DNA of 64,000 nucleotides from Phycisphaerales bacterium (GTDB lineage Bacteria > Planctomycetota > Phycisphaerae > WQYP01): contig DAIDJN010000011.1 in the NCBI GenBank assembly GCA_027451365.1, positions 1-64,000 of the forward strand, in the 5' to 3' direction. The notes beneath the pieces are model-generated. The model did no database searches and was not told where the DNA came from. It was given only the letters and a program-made list of their open reading frames with translations. A program made the translations under genes and the position numbers. Shown in pieces: positions 10,341 through 20,648 of this stretch. Each line of letters opens with the position of its first letter. The stretch's first letter is position 1.

Positions 10341-12032
10341 CTATCGCTTAAGAAGCCGCCGGTAAACCCAGATATTCAGCAAAAGAATAATTCCGTTCCC
10401 AGCCCAGATCAGCATCAGGCCGGGCATTGGGGACCCGTCCGTCCGCGTCACCAGTTCGCGGCCGGTGTTAATCAGCAGCACCAGAACCATCGCAGGCACA
10501 AAGCCGACCACAAAAACCGCCAGAGGATTTCGGCCCTGAAGCACAATGCCCAGGGCGGCACCAAGAATCACTAGGACCACACAGGACAAGGCAAATGACG
10601 CACGGCTCTGCATTTCTGAAACAACCTGTCGGCGAAGGTGGTCCTCGCGTTGTGCAATAAGCTTGATAAGTGCCGCGGCTCCGGGCGACACATCCCCCTT
10701 ATCGGAGGCTGATACCTTGCCGTCGCGAGCTGCCGATGGAATGACAATATTGGCCAGTACCACCGCCGGGGGTGCCGAATGAAAGCGGCGATTCAACTGC
10801 GGATTTCGCTGCCGCACATTCCCACTTAGCCGCAACGAGGCAATCAGCGGACTTCGCTGCATGTCATCCGGCAATACCTGTCCGGACAAAGGTGGCGCAG
10901 CGGCAAGAGCAAGCTTCACACTTTTGGCCAGATAGACCATACGCACGCCACTGCCCGAACGGACATCGACTTGAACCGACCGACCATGCGCCGCATGAAG
11001 CACCAGCCGCTTGTTTTTATTAAGCATCGCCGCGGGTGCCACTACAGTCACCGAGTCTTTCTGGGCGCCGGCCAGTACAAAGGTCATCGGCGAGTCCGGA
11101 TGAAATTTCGAAAGATACCAGCGGGCAACGGAAGCAAGTTCCAGAGATAGAACAAGCTGACGGTGCAGCCGCGCTATGGGGGCGAACAAGAGCGGTTTGG
11201 TCTGAAGCGCGTTAAGCCGGCGAAAATCCAGAAATTTCGGACGATTCACAAGCATGGAACGAATGACGTAGGGCTTTCCGTCCGGCGGCAGATAACGGAT
11301 TGTGCCCTGAACCTGGCGAAAACTGTTGGGGTCGAATGCCACTCCCTGGTCCAATTGAACCGCAACTTCAAGCCGCCGCCCCACATGATCAATGATAATG
11401 TTCGCAGCACGCGCCAGCACGATGGCATTGGGTTTGCCGTTGGTAAGGGGTGTGGCAGCCAGCCCCTGCAATTGGATAATCTGCCGGACGACACCGGGTG
11501 GAGGCTGATCATTTGCGGGAACGGGAATTGGATAGGCACGGTCGGCGTACACCACCATATTGCCGAATTGAAAAGGTTGTCGCTGGCCGACATTGTGGAG
11601 CAGCAGCGAGGCAAGATCTGTTTGCAATGCCTGGGAAGTTTTCTGAAGGAACGCGGGGACCACGTAACCAACCATGCCCAGGTCAATCAACCCGACCACC
11701 ACGCCAAGCAGCAGCGCCGGAGTGGCCAGAAAGGCAAAACTCGTGCCGCTGGCCCGAGCACCGGTCAACTCATTATCTGTAGCCAGCCGCCAGTAAACAA
11801 TAACCGCCGCGAAAAGGGCCGCCAGCGGAATCGAATAGGCAAGCATGGCAGGCATCAGGTCGGTCAGGACGTGAAGTAGCTGCAGCAGGCCAAGCCCCTG
11901 CTTAGTCAATGGGCGAAATGTACCGCCGAAAGCCAAAATGGTGGTCAGCACGCCGGTGGTCAGAAAAAAGACCCTCAGCAGTTCACGACCGATATACCAA
12001 TGGAGGGTTTTGATCACCAGTGGATCCTTCAT
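10341..12032 (-). CDS. lptF: LPS export ABC permease, LptF/LptG family (LptF-like)
   Basis: KTLHWYIGRE and RLATDNELTGARASGTS motifs; enlarged periplasmic region; tandem with the lptG-like gene. Confidence 0.8.
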   Translation of the reverse strand: MKDPLVIKTLHWYIGRELLRVFFLTTGVLTTILAFGGTFRPLTKQGLGLLQLLHVLTDLMPAMLAYSIPLAALFAAVIVYWRLATDNELTGARASGTSFAFLATPALLLGVVVGLIDLGMVGYVVPAFLQKTSQALQTDLASLLLHNVGQRQPFQFGNMVVYADRAYPIPVPANDQPPPGVVRQIIQLQGLAATPLTNGKPNAIVLARAANIIIDHVGRRLEVAVQLDQGVAFDPNSFRQVQGTIRYLPPDGKPYVIRSMLVNRPKFLDFRRLNALQTKPLLFAPIARLHRQLVLSLELASVARWYLSKFHPDSPMTFVLAGAQKDSVTVVAPAAMLNKNKRLVLHAAHGRSVQVDVRSGSGVRMVYLAKSVKLALAAAPPLSGQVLPDDMQRSPLIASLRLSGNVRQRNPQLNRRFHSAPPAVVLANIVIPSAARDGKVSASDKGDVSPGAAALIKLIAQREDHLRRQVVSEMQSRASFALSCVVLVILGAALGIVLQGRNPLAVFVVGFVPAMVLVLLINTGRELVTRTDGSPMPGLMLIWAGNGIILLLNIWVYRRLLKR

Positions 12033-12296
12033 AGCGGCAGGCCGCGCCTGCCGAACCATCTTCCGTCGCCATGGTCGCGGGAATTCCGCCCCGCCCGGCC
12101 GCCCCCCGCAACTGGAAACGCGACCGAGCGGTTATATTACTACAATCCTCTGGTAACGTCAGGTTTTGACGCAAGCAACGCCGACGGCGCAAGCGATCTG
12201 CCATAATTAACGATAGACCGTATGGTGGGTCGCGACGGGCAAAAGCCGGTATTGAGGTGCCTGCCAGAGCCGACAAATAGCTGCAAGGAATAAGAA

Positions 12297-12608
12297 ATGG
12301 CCGCATATCGATGGGAAAACAATGTGCTTGTCATTCAATTGCACGTCAAGGCCCGCGCGCGGCGGTTTTCCTTCGGGCCGGTCCGCGGCGAAGCGATTCA
12401 GGTTTGCATTGCCGCCGCACCGGAACAGGGAAAGGCGACCGATGCGCTTCTGTATGCCCTTGCTGACTTTTTTGACGTTCGTCCGCGCGCCATCACGCTG
12501 GTTTCCGGTGCCTTTACACCGCGAAAAGTGGTACGGGTGGACAGCCCGAATCATTTGCCGGATTTTGTGAAACATCCCTTAGAAAACGTCCCCGAAAAAC
12601 ATCCCTGA
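12297..12608 (+). CDS. DUF167 (YggU/UPF0235) family protein
   Basis: LHVKARAR..IAAAPEQGKATDAL..LADFFDV..ITLVSG..RKVV. Confidence 0.8.
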   Translation: MAAYRWENNVLVIQLHVKARARRFSFGPVRGEAIQVCIAAAPEQGKATDALLYALADFFDVRPRAITLVSGAFTPRKVVRVDSPNHLPDFVKHPLENVPEKHP

Positions 12609-12673
12609 CCCGCCCTGGCGATAAAATCCGCTTAAGCCGGAAGTTCGCGGACTGCCCGGAAACGGCCTGACAA

Positions 12674-12702
12674 TTGACTTGTGGCAGCGTAACGTCTAAA
12701 TT
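12674..12702 (+). promoter_or_regulatory. Sigma70-type promoter of tRNA-Glu
   Basis: TTGACT-N17-TAAATT ending 13 bp before the tRNA. Confidence 0.6.
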
Positions 12703-12715
12703 CACAAAGGCAGTC

Positions 12716-12788
12716 GCCCCCATCGTCTAGAGGCCTAGGACGGCAGATTCTCAGTCTGCATACACCGGTTCGAATCCGGTTGGGGGTA
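12716..12788 (+). tRNA. tRNA-Glu (CTC)
   Basis: GCCCCCA/TGGGGGT acceptor stem, anticodon arm GCAGA-TTCTCAG-TCTGC, GGTTCGAATCC T-arm; CCA not encoded. Confidence 0.95.
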
Positions 12789-13431
12789 TTTGGATTGTCG
12801 GGAAAGCTTTCGCATGCTTTGGCAACATATTGAATATAGCCTTCACTTATAGTGCTGATGTTATTCACTTTCAATTTACTGTTATCACTTGCAACCGATT
12901 GGCACGCCTGATTTTACGTCGTTTATGAAAAAAGTATTCTTTAATTAATCTGTGTCCCTCATCGCTCGCTTAAAATCGCCACAGGACCAGTTCAACCTTG
13001 AATTCCTTAAGCCCAGACGCGCCGCAAGGCCATCGCTTTCTACCGCCATTGTCGATACGTCACCTCACGTGGAACAGAAACATCGGCGGCATCGTCATCG
13101 TACCCTAACTGTATTTCACCAGTCGGACATATTCCATTGGAATCGCCACCCAGGCAGTACGTTCGCTATAGATCAGAAGCGTCCATCGATGCACCTCTGA
13201 TATTTGCGAGAGCGCGTTGTTCTGGGACAGCCCAACCATGCACAACCGATTCTGGAGAACGCCACTGAATCTCGGCGTCACGTTGGGTTGGAAGCGGCGG
13301 CCAGGCGTATCCTTGGTTATTTCCACCCATCAAACAATCCGCTGCCGCAAAGATATTCGCCGCCATTTAGCAATCATTTTTTTGTAACCACGATACTATT
13401 TTGCGAACGCGTGCATTGATTTTCGCCCACC

Positions 13432-13569
13432 CACGTGTTGCCCCACCTCGTGGCTTGTCAGTTCGCCGATCGCCTGATGCGCACTTTACATCGAAGGCTT
13501 CAGCAGCTTTGGTAACTCCGCTACGGTCCCGATCGCCACTGGCTGGAACGATTGCCTTGTCGGGCGCAT
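13432..13569 (-). mobile_element. Degenerate 5' fragment (domain I) of a group II intron
   Basis: Minus strand ATGCGCCCGACAAGGC..TCCAGCCAGTGGCGATCGGGACCGTAGCGGAGTTACCAAAGCTGCTGAAGCCTTCGATGTA resembles remembered bacterial group II intron 5' ends (GUGCG start). No RT ORF or domain V seen. Confidence 0.45.
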
Positions 13570-13879
13570 ATATCGGTGCCGAAAACCACCGCATTATCAC
13601 GACACACCGTTGCAGAATTGCCACCGGGCGGGTTAAAACCGCCGGCCGCGGATTCGGCGACAGCGCAATCGGAACGTAATTGCACGGGCGTTTCGGTAAT
13701 ACGATATTGATTACAACGTAAACAGCCGCAGCCAGATTGAGGTTTGTTTGGCCGCGCGCCCGCCTTGCGCTTCACGGCGCACCCAAAATATGGCCCGCAG
13801 GCAAAGGGATGGCCTGGCGACTCCGCGTCTCCCCGGCTTGATGGCGACCGGCCGCGTCAGTCGGAAGAAGGCCAGGAGA

Positions 13880-14977
13880 TTAACCGCCGCCATATGGCGA
13901 TACATATACATTACTGAAATCAGACGGGGTCACCGCCGCGGCATGGCCATCCACAAATCCAACGTTAATGTGATTTCCATGGCGGTCAAAACCCAGGCCT
14001 ATGTTGGTATCGCCAGTGGGCAGCGGAAGCGCCGCGGGCGCCATGGGAATGCGGTCGCGAAGCGCGCCGTCATCGGCCACGGCCCGCAATGTGCACAGAT
14101 TTACTGTCGCGGGCAGTCCTGCGCCGGTATCAAACGCGGTGGTGTAATAGGTTTCGTCACAATAAAACAGACCATTGCTGCCCTGGGCATCCAGGCCACC
14201 CGGATTCGGCCGCACGCCGCAGTCTGCAAACATCAGCGTTTTTGTCGGCATAGGAATTCCGGTCAGACGACACCCCCACGGCGCGGTAAGCCCGGATGCC
14301 GCAACCGGCCCGGCGGCAATCTGGAAACCCCAACCCGGATTAAACGCGCCATAAGAACCGTTGTATTTAGCCGAGGCGATATCGGCATTGATTCCGTACG
14401 AAACCGGATAATAGCCTTGAAAATAGCCTGGATAACCGGCGGGCGTCGGTTCATTTGTACTGCCCGATCCGCTGCCAACCTGCAGGTTGTTAAACAACTG
14501 ATAACCGGGATATTGATCCGCCAGTGTTGGATCGCTGGGACACAGGAAAACCTTGGAACCTGCCCCATTATTTCCAAAATTCATAAAGCTCTGGTCGTTC
14601 TGGCCGCCCAGAAACGGCACCAGCGCACTGGCCCAGTCATTAAGCACCGCCCCGCCGGTGTTCACATATTGTCTGGTGACGGGGTTGTACCACTGATAGC
14701 GGTAAGAAAAAGTGGTGTGGTCGGCATCCGGCGTCAGGGTGTATTGCATAATACTCGAATCGGTATCCGGCTGAATAAAGCCGTTATGCTGCTGCGAAAA
14801 TTCCACCTCCGCAAGAACAATCTGCCGCACATTGGACAGACAGACGGTGGAACTCGCTTCCTTTCGCGCCGCGGCCAGAGCCGGCAGAAGGAGGGCGATC
14901 AGCAATGCGATAATGCTGATCACCACCAGAAGTTCGATAAGGGTAAATCCTTCTCTGTGTGAAACATGCTTAAACAT
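13880..14977 (-). CDS. DUF1559-type prepilin N-terminal cleavage/methylation protein with H-X9-DG motif
   Basis: [43 protein letters not shown] and [15 protein letters not shown]. Confidence 0.92.
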   Translation of the reverse strand: MFKHVSHREGFTLIELLVVISIIALLIALLLPALAAARKEASSTVCLSNVRQIVLAEVEFSQQHNGFIQPDTDSSIMQYTLTPDADHTTFSYRYQWYNPVTRQYVNTGGAVLNDWASALVPFLGGQNDQSFMNFGNNGAGSKVFLCPSDPTLADQYPGYQLFNNLQVGSGSGSTNEPTPAGYPGYFQGYYPVSYGINADIASAKYNGSYGAFNPGWGFQIAAGPVAASGLTAPWGCRLTGIPMPTKTLMFADCGVRPNPGGLDAQGSNGLFYCDETYYTTAFDTGAGLPATVNLCTLRAVADDGALRDRIPMAPAALPLPTGDTNIGLGFDRHGNHINVGFVDGHAAAVTPSDFSNVYVSPYGGG

Positions 14978-15004
14978 GGGATAGCCTCCTTACAGGTCTT
15001 AAAA

Positions 15005-18000
15005 TCAGACTGTTCGGCGAAATTTCGAGCGGCCCGGCAATACCAATGGAACGAGTCCCAGCAGCAGAATGCCGATCGCCGCCGGTTCGGGTACCGCCAC
15101 GGAAAGTGATGTTGCCGGATATTGCGCCAGCAAAGCGTCATAGGCCTGCATTGTCTGGCTGCTGGCACCAACAGATGCAAGCTTTGCGCCAAAATCAAGC
15201 AGGTCGCTACGGCCAATCAGCCCGTCGTGGTCAAAGTCCGCGGCGGGATTAAACAACGAATTGTTGCTGGCCATCAGGCTGGAAAAAGCCTGCACATCCG
15301 CCACGTTGTACTGCCCGTCAAAATTCAAATCTCCAAGGCCTGCGCCATATATTGTGGAGGTATAAAGCCCGGCGAAACGCTGAATATTATAGGTGCCATC
15401 GGGCTTGTACGTGACCACCGTGGCAACATGGTTGCCGCTGGTCAGGCCTGTTTCATTGATAACCCATAAATTGGTATCGCTTTGCGAAGCCTGGTTGGCA
15501 TTGCCCACCATCGCAAGCACTTGGGCATTGGTGTCCGCCGCGGGCAGGTCCCACAGGACATGAATATTGTTCGCAAGGCCATCAACGGATTTCACGACCA
15601 GTGACCGATTCTGATTCACGCCTGGCGTAATCGGATTAAAACTTTGAATGCTGGAAACCGGTGCGGAGGTGTCCACGTATATGGTTTGAGTCCAGTCGGT
15701 GTATACAGGGGGCCCGCCGCCAGGCCTGGCGCGAAACGCGATGGCTTCCAGATAATGATAACCCTGTGAAAAATCAGCAGTGTTAATGGTTTCAGAATAC
15801 AAACCCGTCCCTCCACCCACCAGCGGGCTGGAGCTTTCAAACGGAATATAACCATAGGCCGTTGTGTTAGGCACCGTGCTGACAAAAGTCTGGCCGTTAA
15901 GTTGCACGCCTCCGTCGATTTTTAGTATGGCATTATCGCCGCCGGCGTTATAGTCAAACAGGCTGGAATTTCCCAACAGATAGACCTTCTGGGTCTGCAA
16001 GTTAACCTGAAACTGGGCCGCCTTGATTACCGCAATGGTGCTGACGGTATTATTTCCGTTATCAAAAGTGATATTCGGGTCGTTGGCGGCGGGGGCATTG
16101 CCCCCCATCTGCCCAGCTACATTGGTCAGAGTAAGCGTGCCAATGGGTGTGGGTGGCGCGTAAATCAGATATCCCTGACCATTGGAATTGTTGTTGGGAA
16201 ACGTCACATTTACAGTGCTGTCCGAATTTACGGTCAGCACCTGTGGCAATCCATTCTTCGCCGCATTACCGGTAACTTCAACCAGATAGGGGACATTGTA
16301 TGCATTAAAGTTCGTCTGCAGCGTGGCATTCAGGTTGCCGCCGCCGGTCTGGTTGTTCAAAAGTACCAGCGCTGAATCACTGCGTTCAAAGGCGAAATTA
16401 TTCTGTGACAGGTAACGCTGCACATAATTTCCGTAGGCAAAACGGTTGCGCAAATCCACCAGACCGGAAACCTGATTGTCCAGCGTTTCAGTCATGGTGC
16501 CGCTAGCGGGGTTGTAAATGTTCTGCGAATTATTAGCCAGTGCGTTGCCGTAAACACCGCCCAGGGCGTCCCCACGGCCATTTTGTGGAAAGCTCTGTGT
16601 GCCGTTATCAAACGCGGTGGTGTTGCCGTTGTAATACACAATGGCCTGCCCCGGCATCATCAGTGTATAGGCGTAGGCGACGTTGCTAAGATATGGCGCG
16701 CCGTTGTCCTGGCTTTGAACAAATTTAACTCCGATAAGTCCATCGTGGGGCGTGGCATCATAAGAATCCAGAGCGGCGTTGACCACGTTATACCAGTTGT
16801 TGGTATAGCCATTGCCGGTCAGGTTGCTCTGCATCGCAAAAAACAGCGGGAAATCCAGCGCATCCCGGTTGGGCTGCACGGTGCCATTGTTACCATAATC
16901 CACCAGCGAGCCGTCCGCGTTCAGGCCGCTTTTCTGAATGACCTGCACGGTGGAATCCTGAAAGGCGTTTGATGCGCCGGGAATATTGGAGTCGTAATAT
17001 TCAGAAAAAGCGGATATCGGTTCCTGAACACCGTTGAGATATGTGCGCGAGGAGGCCCGGTAAACGGCTTGATCAAAATATGGCAGCGCGACCTGCCATT
17101 CCATGTTCTTGACCGCATCTAAACGGAAGCCATCCACACCCAGCGATTGCACAAACCACTGCAGGTTGCGCATCATGTAACCGGTCACATTTTCCGTGGT
17201 GGGCGAACCGGCAGCCGCATTTGCCGTATTAAATGAATTAATCTGAATATTTCCCTGGCCGGTCAGTGGGTTGTAAACAAAAATCGGATTGTTATTCAAT
17301 TGCGGATAAAACTGCTGATTCATCGGCATCGGGTCATTGGCCAGGCGGCCGAAGGCCGGCGTTGTGCCAGCGGGAATGTTGGCAGTGTTGCCGGCAGTCG
17401 TTGGATTGCGAATGTACTGGTTGTTGGTTGTAAAATCTATGTTAATCAGGCCAGCCAGCCGCGCCTCTTCGGTATTGGAGGCATATGCGCTGTTGAAGTC
17501 ACCGTCAACTGCAGTTGGCGTCTGCACCACCATACCGGGATAGGCCCCCGCCTGCACAAAACCCGCAGTGGCTGAATTGGAAAACCCGTTATGGCCCATG
17601 GAATAATCAGTATAAAAATAGCCGCCCATCTGGTGCGTGGCGGCGATCAGATTTTCATAGCCTTGAAGTGTTCCATATGCGGTCGGATTATTCGCTGATC
17701 CCAAATCAAATCGATTGTATATGTCGTAACCAACCGAACTGTTGCCCGAATCGGCACGTGTGGGCGGCGGCGTAAGCAGTGAACCATAACCGGCTCCAAA
17801 CACGTCCGGCATGCGGTTGGTAATATTGACCCACCCGCCACCAAAATAGTCCAGCATTGCCGGCGGAGAAAACGCCCCATAATTCGCCGCCGCCGCGGGA
17901 CCGGGAATACTTGCGCTGCCACAAATGGCCAAGCCGGCTGCCAGAAGGATGGACCGCCCGGCATTCCGCCTGCGATGACTTGTATGACAAGATTGTGCTG

Positions 18001-18013
18001 CAACGCGATTCAT
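15005..18013 (-). CDS. Surface-anchored GH13 alpha-amylase-like protein with dockerin-like repeats and PEP-CTERM
   Basis: Signal peptide; SVGYDIYNRFDLG, DGFRLDAVKN, FSEYYD and FVQSQD GH13 regions. GDLNFDG..AD / ADFDHDG..SD dockerin-like pair, then VPEP + TM + basic tail. Confidence 0.85.
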   Translation of the reverse strand: MNRVAAQSCHTSHRRRNAGRSILLAAGLAICGSASIPGPAAAANYGAFSPPAMLDYFGGGWVNITNRMPDVFGAGYGSLLTPPPTRADSGNSSVGYDIYNRFDLGSANNPTAYGTLQGYENLIAATHQMGGYFYTDYSMGHNGFSNSATAGFVQAGAYPGMVVQTPTAVDGDFNSAYASNTEEARLAGLINIDFTTNNQYIRNPTTAGNTANIPAGTTPAFGRLANDPMPMNQQFYPQLNNNPIFVYNPLTGQGNIQINSFNTANAAAGSPTTENVTGYMMRNLQWFVQSLGVDGFRLDAVKNMEWQVALPYFDQAVYRASSRTYLNGVQEPISAFSEYYDSNIPGASNAFQDSTVQVIQKSGLNADGSLVDYGNNGTVQPNRDALDFPLFFAMQSNLTGNGYTNNWYNVVNAALDSYDATPHDGLIGVKFVQSQDNGAPYLSNVAYAYTLMMPGQAIVYYNGNTTAFDNGTQSFPQNGRGDALGGVYGNALANNSQNIYNPASGTMTETLDNQVSGLVDLRNRFAYGNYVQRYLSQNNFAFERSDSALVLLNNQTGGGNLNATLQTNFNAYNVPYLVEVTGNAAKNGLPQVLTVNSDSTVNVTFPNNNSNGQGYLIYAPPTPIGTLTLTNVAGQMGGNAPAANDPNITFDNGNNTVSTIAVIKAAQFQVNLQTQKVYLLGNSSLFDYNAGGDNAILKIDGGVQLNGQTFVSTVPNTTAYGYIPFESSSPLVGGGTGLYSETINTADFSQGYHYLEAIAFRARPGGGPPVYTDWTQTIYVDTSAPVSSIQSFNPITPGVNQNRSLVVKSVDGLANNIHVLWDLPAADTNAQVLAMVGNANQASQSDTNLWVINETGLTSGNHVATVVTYKPDGTYNIQRFAGLYTSTIYGAGLGDLNFDGQYNVADVQAFSSLMASNNSLFNPAADFDHDGLIGRSDLLDFGAKLASVGASSQTMQAYDALLAQYPATSLSVAVPEPAAIGILLLGLVPLVLPGRSKFRRTV

Positions 18014-18144
18014 CAGGAACCCTTCAATTGTTTTGTTCGGCATCGGCCTGCCGGCCGACTTATTTCCCGCCCTCCGCGGATAAGTTCAGTGTCTGCCTGT
18101 TAATGGCCGGAAACATCCGGCCCCATCTTGTCAGCGGCGAGGGG

Positions 18145-19146
18145 TCATGCACAGGCCGCGCCGCGGCGCAGACGCCGATCTCCACGGCCAACCAGCAGCC
18201 CACAGCTTGTGGCAACAGCCATCAGCAACAAAGCACCTGGTTCGGGCGTGGGATTCGGTTCGGTTATCTGCATACTGTTGAAATAATCATATTGCGATGC
18301 CAGACCCGCGTTATCGTTGTACACCATCAACTGATTAATGGGCAGGCCGTTAAGTCCGGTCAGGACGCCAGAATCAAATATCGCGCCTTGGGCGGAATTC
18401 TTCGGTGTCACAGTAACTTCAAAACTGGTGGCGCTTTTCAAACTGAAAGTTACCACAATACCGCTGCCATCATTCTGGCTGCTGCTGCCGTCATTGACTG
18501 ATTTAATTCCGGTACTGACCGAATTGGTGAAGCCCGGCTGGGCGGCCGTGTAACCACCGTAGCTGAAGGTGTAATAATTTCCACTGCCGGTTGCCGCAAC
18601 CTGGAATATGGGGGTCGCATAACCACTGGTGGCATTGTAGCTTTGCAGTTCAAAGCCCTCTTGACCAGGATTGCTCATAGCTCCGGTCACCATGCCAAGG
18701 CTAAATGAACTTGTGCCGCCGGCGGAAGCCGTCATGGGTGTAAATCCGCGATAGGCATAAGGAGCCGACGGATCAGACCCCGACCCGTTGTTTGCGTCAA
18801 TTCCCCAGGAAACGCCATTGGTATCAATTGTGGAAGCCGCAGTTGTGCCATAAATGTATTGCGAAGGCCCGGTGAAAAATCCCCAAGTGGCCGCCTGACC
18901 CACACCGGACCCGGAAGGCCCCTGATACCATGGCCCGAGACCGGCGACGCCGTTGCTCGATCCATTGCTTAAGGTGGGCCATGTTCCGGAAGGATAAGCG
19001 GATGTCGAGGCATTGTCGGACAGGCTCACAGCGCCTTGTACAGCGCTGTGAGCCATTAAAAATCCGACCAGTCCAGAAAGCGCTGCTGAAACCAGCGTGC
19101 GACGCCACAGATCCGATCTGGCGGAAACTTTCTGTTCAACCGTCAT
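18145..19146 (-). CDS. PEP-CTERM surface protein (paralog 3 of an uncharacterised family)
   Basis: Signal peptide; SDNAS..Y..W..NG..GLGPW..IDTNGVSWGIDAN; TPEP + TM + RRLRR. Start after GGAGAG. Confidence 0.85.
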   Translation of the reverse strand: MTVEQKVSARSDLWRRTLVSAALSGLVGFLMAHSAVQGAVSLSDNASTSAYPSGTWPTLSNGSSNGVAGLGPWYQGPSGSGVGQAATWGFFTGPSQYIYGTTAASTIDTNGVSWGIDANNGSGSDPSAPYAYRGFTPMTASAGGTSSFSLGMVTGAMSNPGQEGFELQSYNATSGYATPIFQVAATGSGNYYTFSYGGYTAAQPGFTNSVSTGIKSVNDGSSSQNDGSGIVVTFSLKSATSFEVTVTPKNSAQGAIFDSGVLTGLNGLPINQLMVYNDNAGLASQYDYFNSMQITEPNPTPEPGALLLMAVATSCGLLVGRGDRRLRRGAACA

Positions 19147-19219
19147 AACTTCTCTCCAGAACGAAAAAGAATCCACCCGAACCGGGGCGATTGACTGCCA
19201 ACGCATTTATTCGCGAACA

Positions 19220-20224
19220 TCAGGCCATCTTTCGGCGCCGAGCCAGCAGAAGAACCGCGCCGCTGATTCCGATAAGGGCCAACGATGCAGGTTCCGGCGT
19301 GGCGGTGGTTATTGCCAGCGAGTTAAACAGGCCATCCTGGTATGTGTTCTGATCAAAAAGATCTGCCCCGTTTATCGCGCCGGCGGCAAGCGTTCCATTG
19401 TAAGTGGCAAGCGTGGTTGGAGTGGCCCCTAAGCTGGTTAACGTAAGGGAGTAATTATTTCCCGCGCCAAGGGTGAAATTGGCCATCACGCCCGAATTCA
19501 GCTGCGCATCAGTTAATCCGCTGATCGAGGATGTGGTTACACCGTTGGCAGTAACGTTCGTTTCCAGAATATATGAACCTGCGGAAGCCGAACCGGTCTG
19601 ACCGTTATAGCCGACCAGATTACCGCTGGTGTTGTTCGTCGGGCTTCCCAATTCGTTGAAAGTCAGACTGAACAGCGAATTGGCGTCATTGTAATTGGTA
19701 GCCGATGTCTGGCCGCCATTGCCGGTGGTTACAGCCACGGTTCCCGCCGTAAGGGATGGAGCCGCCGATCCAAGCCCAAATCCGTACGCCGGCATACCGT
19801 TTGGCGGATATGAACCCACGCCCGAACTGGTAAGCGCCACACTGAAAGTCTGACCAACTGAAAGCGAGCCAGTAAAAGCACGATACAGATCCACTCGCGG
19901 CGTGGCCGTCGGTGATCCGCTGTTGGCATAGGTACCCCATGCGTCGGAACTGGTGGCGATAGAAACATTGTTGGTATTGAAATACGTTCCAGTGTAGGGC
20001 GGACCGCTGTTATTCTGAGTGGAAATGGTCCATGCGCCAAATCCCGATCCCGCGTTGGGAGGTGTCCCGCCATTGGGCCAGGTGGTGCCGGTGTAATTAC
20101 TCGCATTGTCGGCGGCATTCATTGCAGCGCTGGCCGGTGCAGCCAGGCAAAATGACACCCCGGCGGCAACCGCCATCGCGGACAAAGCCAGGATTCTGGG
20201 AGAATTGGAAAGGGAGCGTTTCAT
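19220..20224 (-). CDS. PEP-CTERM surface protein (paralog 2)
   Basis: Signal peptide; ADNASNY..WPNG..GSGFGAW..AWGTYAN; TPEP + TM + RRRK. Start after AAGGAG. Confidence 0.87.
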   Translation of the reverse strand: MKRSLSNSPRILALSAMAVAAGVSFCLAAPASAAMNAADNASNYTGTTWPNGGTPPNAGSGFGAWTISTQNNSGPPYTGTYFNTNNVSIATSSDAWGTYANSGSPTATPRVDLYRAFTGSLSVGQTFSVALTSSGVGSYPPNGMPAYGFGLGSAAPSLTAGTVAVTTGNGGQTSATNYNDANSLFSLTFNELGSPTNNTSGNLVGYNGQTGSASAGSYILETNVTANGVTTSSISGLTDAQLNSGVMANFTLGAGNNYSLTLTSLGATPTTLATYNGTLAAGAINGADLFDQNTYQDGLFNSLAITTATPEPASLALIGISGAVLLLARRRKMA

Positions 20225-20291
20225 GGTTTTCTCCTTCCGAGAAAAAAGGACAAAAAAAAATGACACGACGTTGACAAACGCCGTAAGTATT

Positions 20292-20320
20292 AGTTTAACC
20301 GGTTAAACACACTTTGTCAA
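20292..20320 (-). promoter_or_regulatory. Sigma70 promoter overlapped by a perfect 16-bp palindromic operator
   Basis: Minus strand TTGACA-N17-TAAACT; palindrome GTTTAACCGGTTAAAC at 20293-20308. Confidence 0.8.
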
Positions 20321-20648
20321 GTACCGCCTGATTTTTTCGTTTTCACATTGATCTGCAGTGGTCGCGCCATTTACTGAATTGCGACCCCTATTATTCCGGA
20401 GCAAGAATATTCCAAGCCCGCGAATATCTTTCATGCCGACACCGGAGAAAAACGCTTCCGAATTCCAAACCGCCAACGATATGGAGTCTTGCGGCTTGAA
20501 ACGCGTTCACCACAGCAAGCCGGCACTGCGGTCCGATTCAGGTCGGATTGCATATCCAAAAACCAAACTTGCCGCCATTTTGACACGATGTGAACCGCAA
20601 TTCATGCAAATTCAGACAAGCCCTGCCGGTGATGAGTCGCGACCTGTA

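Noticed and set aside
12568..12608. Three imperfect GAAA(A)CATCCC-like repeats
   Set aside because: Short, degenerate and inside the DUF167 C-terminal coding sequence; no spacers, so not CRISPR or iterons.
12899..12916. TTGGCACG possible sigma54 -24 box
   Set aside because: No TTGC at the -12 position and no downstream gene.
13748..14962. 404-aa plus-strand ORF
   Set aside because: Antisense shadow of the DUF1559 gene.
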